DNA of 32,000 bases, taken from an uncultured Opitutales bacterium. GTDB lineage: Bacteria; Verrucomicrobiota; Verrucomicrobiia; Opitutales; Intestinicryptomonadaceae. Below, one piece after another: positions 14,865 through 21,927 of the stretch. Within the stretch, counting starts at the first letter, position 1, and each line of letters opens with the position of its first letter. The notes under the pieces are model-generated. The model ran no database searches and was not told the origin of the DNA. It was given only the letters and a program-made list of their open reading frames with translations. The position numbers and the translations under genes are program-made. The stretch lies in assembly GCA_934613415.1 (NCBI GenBank), contig CAKTSY010000004.1, positions 60,001-92,000 on the forward strand. Reading direction: 5' to 3'.

Positions 14865-16382
14865 TTACAATATGTTGTGAACCGAAATTGCCTCTACGCA
14901 AATTGCCGAAAGCGGACGCGCCGGACACAGATTTTCGCATGCGCCGCAGCCTATGCAACGCGCTTCGTCTACAACGGGCACCTTGCGAGATTTCGGGTTT
15001 TTGGCGTCTTTGGGCACCATTGTAATTGCACTTGTAGGACACTGTCTAAAGCAGTTGTCGCACTGCATTTCGTCGGTATTTACTATGCAGCGGCTTAAAT
15101 GCACTTTTGCCATGCCAATTTGAATTGAAGACTTTTCCGCCACGCTTACGGGCAAAATTGCGCCGGTTGGGCAAACCTTTGAACACTCAATGCAATCGGT
15201 TGCGCAATAGCCGCGCAAATAGCTCATATTAGGCTGCATAAAATTGCCCAGTTTAGCGCTAGGCTCTAAAACGTGCGAAGGACACGCCGAAACGCAAAGC
15301 TGGCATGCTGTGCATTTTTCCGACAAATGCGCCGCGCTTTGCGCGCCTGCGGGAACAAGCGGAATTTCCCTTTCTGGGTTCTTGCGTGGTTTAATGGGCG
15401 CAAAACCGCCGTCTACAGTCTTTTCGGCGGCGTTTGCCGTGGCCGATGCCGCCACAGTAAACAATGTCGCAAAAAAGCCGCGCCTGCTGCTAGATTTGCC
15501 TAAATCGACCTTTTTGGGCGAAAGCTTGTTTGCCGAATTTTTCAAAACGCCCTCGTTTTTCTTACCCAAAGCAAACTTATACGAAATTGCAGAATTCCTG
15601 CAATTTTTTATGCAGTTAAAGCAATCTACACAGCGAGAATAGTCTATTTCGTGCGCTTTGGGATTTATGCATTTTGCCTTGCAGTTTCTTGCACACAAAC
15701 CGCACGAATTGCATTTCGACAAATTTATGATTGGTCTAAAAAATGCAAATTTCGAGAAAAAGCCCAAAAATGTGCCAACAGGGCAAACCGTGTTGCAATA
15801 ACCCCTACCCGTACGCCATGCAAAAATTGCAACCACCGCAAAAGTTGCCAACGCTACCGCAAAAATTGCAAAGCCCTTAAACCAGAGTTCAACAGGGTAA
15901 AATGTGTAGCCGCCAGCCTTTTCCGAGAAAAACGACAACGCGTTTTCGCCCAACACCCAAATTGGGGCAAATAAATTCGATGCAATTCTGCCGTATGCGC
16001 TATAGGGCGCAATTAGACCCGCCACCGAAACAAACCCAAGGGCAAATACGGCAACAAAGGCGGCCAAAAAGGCAACTCTTACCGCAGTTTTCGGCTTTGC
16101 ATAGGCAAACTTGTTGCGCTTGCGCGAGGCCGCTATGTGCGAAACAATATCTTGAAAAACACCCAAAGGACAAATAACGGAACAATATATGCGGCCAAAA
16201 AGTAGCGTCAGCAAAAGCAAAATTGCCACCACCAAAAAGTTTGCCGCAAGCAGCGCGGGCAAAAACTGCATTTTGGCAAAAAAGCCGATTTCATTTTGCG
16301 CCGTGCCCGAAAAATCGACAAACAGCCATGTTACCGCGCAAAAGAGAACCGCGGCAAAAACAATCCTTAATCTGCGTAACAT
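14865..16382 (-). CDS. Membrane polyferredoxin: NapH/MauN-like N-terminal half fused to a NapG/MauM-like tetra-cluster ferredoxin half, 505 aa
   Basis: The N-terminal half has TM helices with GRIYCSVICPLG and CNTVCPVG plus CNSCGLCARNC and CVDCFNCIKNC. An internal SSSRRGFFATLFTVAASATANA segment (aa ~297-318) looks like a NapG Tat leader. It is followed by CTACQLCVSACP, CIECSKVCP, CDNCFRQCP and CIGCGACENLCP, laid out like my recollection of E. coli NapG. Confidence 0.85.
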   Translation of the reverse strand: MLRRLRIVFAAVLFCAVTWLFVDFSGTAQNEIGFFAKMQFLPALLAANFLVVAILLLLTLLFGRIYCSVICPLGVFQDIVSHIAASRKRNKFAYAKPKTAVRVAFLAAFVAVFALGFVSVAGLIAPYSAYGRIASNLFAPIWVLGENALSFFSEKAGGYTFYPVELWFKGFAIFAVALATFAVVAIFAWRTGRGYCNTVCPVGTFLGFFSKFAFFRPIINLSKCNSCGLCARNCKAKCINPKAHEIDYSRCVDCFNCIKNCRNSAISYKFALGKKNEGVLKNSANKLSPKKVDLGKSSSRRGFFATLFTVAASATANAAEKTVDGGFAPIKPRKNPEREIPLVPAGAQSAAHLSEKCTACQLCVSACPSHVLEPSAKLGNFMQPNMSYLRGYCATDCIECSKVCPTGAILPVSVAEKSSIQIGMAKVHLSRCIVNTDEMQCDNCFRQCPTSAITMVPKDAKNPKSRKVPVVDEARCIGCGACENLCPARPLSAICVEAISVHNIL

Positions 16383-16414
16383 TGAACAATCCTTTTGTTA
16401 GATTAACTTCAATA

Positions 16415-16443
16415 TTTATATTACGTTTGCCGCTTTTTGTAAA
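16415..16443 (-). promoter_or_regulatory. Candidate sigma70-type promoter of the polyferredoxin-AKR-lar-cbi operon (-35 TTTACA 16443-16438, 17-nt spacer, -10 TATAAA 16420-16415)
   Basis: Read from the minus strand about 35-60 nt upstream of ATG 16382. Only motif-level support. Confidence 0.4.
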
Positions 16444-16544
16444 TATATATTTCTTTCAAAAATCTGCCTAATTGTACCAAAACAGAGTTTTTTTACACGA
16501 ACAAAAAAACAAATATTTTAGGCTTTATGCGCAAAAACGCCGCT

Positions 16545-17162
16545 TTACTTTTTATTTTTTATGTAATTTTCCACCGTATTTTTATTTAGGGGGGTAGAAC
16601 TTACGCAGAAAATCACAGTCAACACCGTCTTAAAAAATATTTTTAAATCCAATAAAAGCGACATATTGTCGATATACTCAAAATCTTTCTTTAATTTTTT
16701 GTCGAGAGTAAGCTCGTTGCGGCCCGAAACTTGGGCAAGCCCACTCATACCCGGCAAAACCGAACTGCGCTTTTGGTTTGCCTCTTCGCTTAGGGCTTTA
16801 ATTTCAAAATCCATAAAAGGCCTAGGCCCTATAAACGACATATCTCCTTTTAGAATGTTTATAAACTGCAAAATTTCGTCTAGGCTAGATTTGCGCAAAA
16901 AGGCACCCAATCTTGTAATTCTTTTGGCGTCGGGCAAAAGTTTGCCGTTTTTGTCTTTGGCGACAAGCATTGTTCTAACTTTATATAGCTTAAACACTTT
17001 GCCATTTAAGCCAACGCGGTTTTGAACAATAACCACGGGAGCCCCCATAAAAACGCGAACCAGAATCCAAATAACGGCAAACACAGGCAGCATAAGAAGC
17101 GTCAAAAACAAGGCGCCGATAAAATCAAGCGTCCTTTTTATATACCTTTTATACAAACCCAT
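16545..17162 (-). CDS. Bacterial sugar transferase (small monotopic polyprenyl-phosphate glycosyl-1-phosphate transferase, PglC/WbaP C-terminal type), 205 aa
   Basis: N-terminal re-entrant helix (KRTLDFIGALFLTLLMLPVFAVIWILV), then KLYKVRTM, DEILQFINILKGDMSFIGPRP and GMSGLAQVSGRN. Confidence 0.9.
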   Translation of the reverse strand: MGLYKRYIKRTLDFIGALFLTLLMLPVFAVIWILVRVFMGAPVVIVQNRVGLNGKVFKLYKVRTMLVAKDKNGKLLPDAKRITRLGAFLRKSSLDEILQFINILKGDMSFIGPRPFMDFEIKALSEEANQKRSSVLPGMSGLAQVSGRNELTLDKKLKKDFEYIDNMSLLLDLKIFFKTVLTVIFCVSSTPLNKNTVENYIKNKK

Positions 17163-17331
17163 AGCTTTACTACTCTTTGTCTTATATCGAATAAGCCATG
17201 AGACGCTAAATCATTTGCATAATTCGTCAAGCCAGAAATTGCCAGCCACAAGACACAACAACACACCCTTGCGAAAACAAGCACATTTTCCGCAATAACA
17301 CAAATTACCCAACTTTTTGTATATTAAATTG

Positions 17332-19413
17332 TTATTTATCCTTGCCTACTATCGTAACAGGCATAATTTTGTATCTTGTACGGCAGTCATCTATATTAAC
17401 TAGCATTGTAGATCTTTGAATTTCTTTTTGAAGCAACCTAGAAAGCTTTAAATTATGCTTTCTCATAGATTTTGCATATTCCATATTCAGCAATAATTTG
17501 TATAAATGCACAAAACCGCCTTTTATAGCGTCATTAAATACTTCAAAAGAATCGCCTTCGACCCCAATTGCAGTTGTTTCGATAGGCAAAACATAGCCCG
17601 TGTTTGTTGTTATTAAAACAAACATATGTCCAGGGATAATAACCAATGACGGATTTAAGCCTATAGACTTGGCAAAAGATGCAAACAATACGCTGCCGTC
17701 TACGCAATTTGCCTGATTAGAATATATAGATTCATCTATAAAGCGAACCCTTTGCGCGAACATAGTACTGTCTCTTGCAACGCTTTCTGTGGCACTACTA
17801 TACACAATTTTCCTATCCCTTAACACGCGCCAAAACGCATACATTTGGTCCATAACGCCCCTATCTCCTAATTGTTCGCCATCAAAATGTTTTATATATC
17901 CCTTTTGTATGGCTTCTTTGCGAAGCTCTTCTATTATAGGGTGGTTTTCGTTAACAAAGGCGGCAAACATACGCTTATAGTCGCGCACACCTTTGCCAAG
18001 CAAGCCGGGACCTGCAAGCAGCACATCGTTTACGGGATTTACTACCGCAGAAACTATAACCTTTTGTGTTTCCTTCTCGTTTACCTTATAGTTGATGGTA
18101 ATCGAAGTTTTATATGGATTTTTTACCTCCATTAGCTTTTTATTATTCCAGCTTATTACGGGGTAAAAATATATTTCTTTTCTGCCGTCTATTTTTACAA
18201 TGCAATCGTTCTCGGTTCTGTTTATTATACCGCACGAACTTTCTATAGTATACGAAAGCTTAATGTTTTCGAACCCATTGGCATCTTCAATATTTAGTTT
18301 AAAATATATAAAAGGATTTCCCGTTCCGTCTATATTTTTCAAATTTACCGCATTCCCATCGGTATACATATAGGGCGAATCGCTTGCAAACAAGTTTACG
18401 TCGGCAAGAAGCAAAGACGGAAAAATATTTTTATTAAATTCAACCCCCGTAGAAACGTCGTAAAAAATTTTTGCAGGGCAAATAGAAGAGAAAAAGCTGC
18501 GGTCTTTTTCGTAGTCGTTTACTTTGCATTTTATATTAAACCTTACCGACTCGGATTTTTCCAAACCTTTCAGGTAGTCGATACTAACGCCTAAAGGCGG
18601 GTTATACACATATTTTTCCGTTCCGTTTAGATGGATTTTTTCGGTAAAATCGCCACCTATAACGTGCTTCGATTCCACATCTATCTTAGCGTTTAACTCT
18701 AAAGTCTTAACCAAATTGGCTCGTCTGGGAACAATTTCTACGTTTATCAATTCGTTTGCGTACTTTTCGCCGGCAAGTATTCTGCCTCCGTATATTTTTG
18801 GAGGAATACTAATGTTTATATCCACTTTTGGCGTGTTGATATACTCTATATCTTCCTTGCACAACAAATTTATGTTCATTATAAACATGCGCTCTTTTTC
18901 GTCCACAAAAATCAAGCGGCCGCCGTCGTTGCTAAGAATTGCACCTCTTACAAACTGCCCTTTTTTGCTTTTCCAAACGCGCATCATATCGTCGCTTACA
19001 AACTCTTTTATTTTTTTGTTTATAATAGCTATTACGCGGTTGCCCTCCTCTACCATATCCACGCCTTCTTGGTAGATTTTTTCGCCTTCTCTTCGCGTGT
19101 TTTCCTGACTAAAATGTTGATAGTGCCCAGTTAACCCGCCACTCATTAACATCTTATAGTCTCTAGCGTTTCGCATTGCATCGCCCTGCTTAATTTTTTC
19201 CTTTCCAGACTTTATAAGTTTGTCTGCTTTTTTTCGGGCACTATACAACATTTCAACACGATTTATGCCGTATATCAACTCTAAGCGTTTATCCTCTTCT
19301 TGTGCGTTGCGAGAAGATTGTTTATAATAACTTCTTGTAGGAGAATAAGCTAGCAAATTGCCCGCAAATAAGAAACATACCAACAAATACACAAGTATTC
19401 TAGATGTGTGCAT
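17332..19413 (-). CDS. Secreted protein of unknown function with an SHD1-like domain and a possible C-terminal transglutaminase-like Cys/His core, 693 aa
   Basis: ORF 17332..19431 starts with TTG, so I prefer ATG 19413 (MHTSRILVYLLVCFLFAGNLLAYS, a signal peptide). MRVWKSKKGQFVRGAILSNDGGRLIFVDEKERMFIMNINLLCKEDIEYIN resembles the SLA1-homology SHD1 domain. The C-terminal QANCVDGSVLFASFAKSIGLNPSLVIIPGHMFV resembles a transglutaminase-core Cys...His arrangement (low certainty). Confidence 0.8.
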   Translation of the reverse strand: MHTSRILVYLLVCFLFAGNLLAYSPTRSYYKQSSRNAQEEDKRLELIYGINRVEMLYSARKKADKLIKSGKEKIKQGDAMRNARDYKMLMSGGLTGHYQHFSQENTRREGEKIYQEGVDMVEEGNRVIAIINKKIKEFVSDDMMRVWKSKKGQFVRGAILSNDGGRLIFVDEKERMFIMNINLLCKEDIEYINTPKVDINISIPPKIYGGRILAGEKYANELINVEIVPRRANLVKTLELNAKIDVESKHVIGGDFTEKIHLNGTEKYVYNPPLGVSIDYLKGLEKSESVRFNIKCKVNDYEKDRSFFSSICPAKIFYDVSTGVEFNKNIFPSLLLADVNLFASDSPYMYTDGNAVNLKNIDGTGNPFIYFKLNIEDANGFENIKLSYTIESSCGIINRTENDCIVKIDGRKEIYFYPVISWNNKKLMEVKNPYKTSITINYKVNEKETQKVIVSAVVNPVNDVLLAGPGLLGKGVRDYKRMFAAFVNENHPIIEELRKEAIQKGYIKHFDGEQLGDRGVMDQMYAFWRVLRDRKIVYSSATESVARDSTMFAQRVRFIDESIYSNQANCVDGSVLFASFAKSIGLNPSLVIIPGHMFVLITTNTGYVLPIETTAIGVEGDSFEVFNDAIKGGFVHLYKLLLNMEYAKSMRKHNLKLSRLLQKEIQRSTMLVNIDDCRTRYKIMPVTIVGKDK

Positions 19414-19438
19414 AAAAAAACCTTTTAGCAAACAGCTA

Positions 19439-19618
19439 CTATTTGCTTTTTTTGGGAGACGAAACCGCTTTTTGCGAGTCGGTATTTTTCGATAATTCGC
19501 GCTCTATGTGCTGGCGAATCTTGCGTTTTAAAATATCGTTGCGGCTGTTCTCGATACTAGTATATGCGTCCTTTAGGCTCTTTAAAATTTCAGCGTCGTT
19601 CAATGGTTTGTCGCTCAT
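19439..19618 (-). CDS. Unannotated small ORF, 59 aa, translationally coupled to the sigma factor gene
   Basis: It falls below the 60-aa ORF-track cutoff. Hand translation: MSDKPLNDAEILKSLKDAYTSIENSRNDILKRKIRQHIERELSKNTDSQKAVSSPKKSK*. Its ATG (19618-19616) overlaps the sigma stop TGA (19617-19615) as ATGA. It ends 26 nt before the next gene start and has no TM segment. Confidence 0.5.
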   Translation of the reverse strand: MSDKPLNDAEILKSLKDAYTSIENSRNDILKRKIRQHIERELSKNTDSQKAVSSPKKSK

Positions 19619-20280
19619 TTTTCAAGTTCCTTTCTGTAGTTTTCCTCTTCGAGTTTCGCCCGAAGCTTCTTTAGCACCCTGTGCACACATGTATCTATAA
19701 CATTGCGACTTACACCCAACATTTCGGCAATTTCGGTCGGTTTTTTACCCTCAAGCTGGCTCAATTCAAAAATAAGGCAGCTTTGCGGCGAGCACGAAAC
19801 CCTTACGCTTTCCCAAGCGTCCATTATAACGCTTTTTTTGTACTCGTCGGCTTCGTCGGCCTCCAGCTTTTCGAAAGGCGAGTTTTCAAGAATAATGCCG
19901 TGTTCGTGTTTTACCATATCTTCCATCAAATCTATAATTTCTATGGAAACCGAACGCTTCTTATTCTTGTTCCTGATATAGTCTATAACTCTGCGCGTTA
20001 TAACCTGTTTTAAAAATCCCCTAAAGCGGTATTTGCCCTTTTCGTACTTGCCGTCTTCAAAAGTTTTTATAACCGATATTACGCTTGCCGAAATAATGTC
20101 TTGAATATCCTCGTCCGACACTCCACTCCAGCCTATGTACTTAAATACATTTACAGCCATAGAATGCATTGTCTGATAGTATATGTCAAAAAACACGCTC
20201 CACGCCTGCTGCCAAACCACTCCTTGTTCGCGGTTTAACATTTGCGAGATAACGCTCTTTGGTGTATCGGGGCACTTCAT
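19615..20280 (-). CDS. ECF-type (group 4) sigma-70 family RNA polymerase sigma factor, 221 aa
   Basis: Region 2-like FRGFLKQVITRRVIDYIR and region 4 HTH LIFELSQLEGKKPTEIAEMLGVSRNVIDTCVHRVLKKLRAKL. It lies directly downstream of a Ser/Thr kinase gene. Confidence 0.85.
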   Translation of the reverse strand: MKCPDTPKSVISQMLNREQGVVWQQAWSVFFDIYYQTMHSMAVNVFKYIGWSGVSDEDIQDIISASVISVIKTFEDGKYEKGKYRFRGFLKQVITRRVIDYIRNKNKKRSVSIEIIDLMEDMVKHEHGIILENSPFEKLEADEADEYKKSVIMDAWESVRVSCSPQSCLIFELSQLEGKKPTEIAEMLGVSRNVIDTCVHRVLKKLRAKLEEENYRKELEK

Positions 20281-20325
20281 ATACTCTGATATTTCGGTAT
20301 TACAAAAAAAATCTTACAGCAAAAG

Positions 20326-21648
20326 CTAAAGAATGCTTAGCCTTTGCGGCCTAATACCGTATCGGTTTGCGCCTTTTTGACCCTTAAATGTCATATACAC
20401 AAAATAGAACACAACCCATATAAGCAGGTCGTATAGCGCAAATCTTATTTGGTGTATGCTGCTTGTTAATGCTATCGAGTTTATTATTCTAAAAAGCACC
20501 ATTGTGCCGAACATACACACGCCAAAAAGCGTGCTTTTGCCCGCATCGTGCAACCGCTTTATTGAAATAGCAAACAGCGGCCAATTAAACAAATAGCCAA
20601 TGTAAAGCCCTATCATATAAAACGAATTCATTACAACGCCGCTGAAATTTATTATAAGGAACAGCAAAATATAAATCAGCGTAAAAGTTTTGCGGTTAAT
20701 TCTGCCTGTTATTGTAAATATAGACGTAGTTTTTTCGGCGTTTGCTAGAACAATTCTGTCTTCTTGCGCAGTATCGTCCGAAAATTCAATGTCGCAATCG
20801 TTTTCGTTTAAATCAATAAAGTTTGCGGCAAAATCGGCTATGCAAAAAAATCTTTCGTTGGTCTTTTCGCGCGTTGCCCTCAGCAAACTGCGGTGAAAAT
20901 GCTCGTATGCCGAAATGTCGCAGGCTGCCATTTTAGATTTACCCTGCGGGAACATATAGCTTGGCCTACCCATTGTGTCCGGCGGGTTGCCGCTTAAAAA
21001 GTAGTATATGGTTCTTGCCAAGCCCCACATATCGGGGTTGCCGTGCGTTTTAAAATACCAGGTTGGCGGAGTGTAGTCGGGCGTGCCCGCCACGCTTGCG
21101 CTTTCGGTATCGGCGCGCATAAGACCAATATCGGCCAAACACGGCTTTGAATTTATAAACAAAATATTGTCGGGTTTTATATCCCTATGCAAAAAGCCCT
21201 TTTTGTTTAAAAAGCCCACCGCCTTAAATATGGGGTTGAAAATTTCCAAAACCTCGTTTGCGGTAAATGTGTCGCCTTTTTTATATCGTTCGTCCACCAA
21301 AGTTTTTAGGGTTTTTGGCTTCCAGTTTTCGTCTACGGGCGAAGACGCGCCCTCGCCGTCGGCAAGCGGCATTATATACGCGAGAGAATTCTCGCCTATT
21401 TTTGCGTCTAAAATCGGAATTATGCTTTCGGGGTTTTCCTTTTGAATGAATTTCTTGTAGCTTTCTATAGACTTTAGTTCTTTTTCGTAGGGCTTTTGCT
21501 CTTTTCTGTAAACTTTTTGCTGCGAATTCGAAACTTTCTTTAAGGCGTAAAAATTGCCCTGTTCGTCTTTTACAAGATACACGCAGCCAAAGCCGCCGCG
21601 GCCAATCTCCCTTACAATGGAAACCCTATCTATCAAACCCTCTTGCAT
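20326..21648 (-). CDS. Hanks-type Ser/Thr protein kinase fused to a C-terminal DUF805 membrane domain, 440 aa
   Basis: Gly loop GRGGFGCVY, catalytic Lys in FYALKKV, HRDIKPDNIL, DIG in place of DFG, and GTPDYTPP. The C-terminal ~130 aa (GRINRKTF...SIKRLHDAGKS...GANRYG) matches the DUF805 pattern and has about 4 TM helices. Confidence 0.9.
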   Translation of the reverse strand: MQEGLIDRVSIVREIGRGGFGCVYLVKDEQGNFYALKKVSNSQQKVYRKEQKPYEKELKSIESYKKFIQKENPESIIPILDAKIGENSLAYIMPLADGEGASSPVDENWKPKTLKTLVDERYKKGDTFTANEVLEIFNPIFKAVGFLNKKGFLHRDIKPDNILFINSKPCLADIGLMRADTESASVAGTPDYTPPTWYFKTHGNPDMWGLARTIYYFLSGNPPDTMGRPSYMFPQGKSKMAACDISAYEHFHRSLLRATREKTNERFFCIADFAANFIDLNENDCDIEFSDDTAQEDRIVLANAEKTTSIFTITGRINRKTFTLIYILLFLIINFSGVVMNSFYMIGLYIGYLFNWPLFAISIKRLHDAGKSTLFGVCMFGTMVLFRIINSIALTSSIHQIRFALYDLLIWVVFYFVYMTFKGQKGANRYGIRPQRLSIL

Positions 21649-21668
21649 ATTATTGGTAGTTTAGGTAT

Positions 21669-21696
21669 AGTATATGGAGATATTTATTCAAGGCAA
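21669..21696 (-). promoter_or_regulatory. Candidate promoter of the kinase-sigma operon (-35 TTGCCT 21696-21691, 16-nt spacer, -10 TATACT 21674-21669)
   Basis: Read from the minus strand about 20-50 nt upstream of ATG 21648, in an AT-rich 280-bp intergenic region. Confidence 0.3.
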
Positions 21697-21875
21697 AAAT
21701 TAAAGACTTTGCATATTATTATGATAAAAATAGGCGTTTTTTTGCCCATAAAAACACAATCAATATTTGCAACAACATTGAAATTAAGACACTTACAGAA
21801 ATTTACCAATAATCAAAAAAAAAAAATAAAATCCAAAACCTATAACATATACTTTTATTTTAACAATATATACCA

Positions 21876-21908
21876 TTAAAAAGCGGCATTTTCATAAGAA
21901 AACGCCGC
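21876..21908 (-). terminator. Rho-independent terminator after the amylase gene
   Basis: On the minus strand: GCGGCGTTTT, loop CTTATG, AAAATGCCGC (10-bp stem, one G-U pair), followed by TTTTTAA. It sits 20 nt beyond the stop at 21928. Confidence 0.75.
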
Positions 21909-21927
21909 TTTTACGGTTTAGCCTACC

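Noticed and set aside
15244-16401. Several + strand ORFs (15244..15642, 15651..15974, 15902..16177, 16189..16401)
   Set aside because: They are antisense to the polyferredoxin gene, whose Cys motifs establish the true frame.
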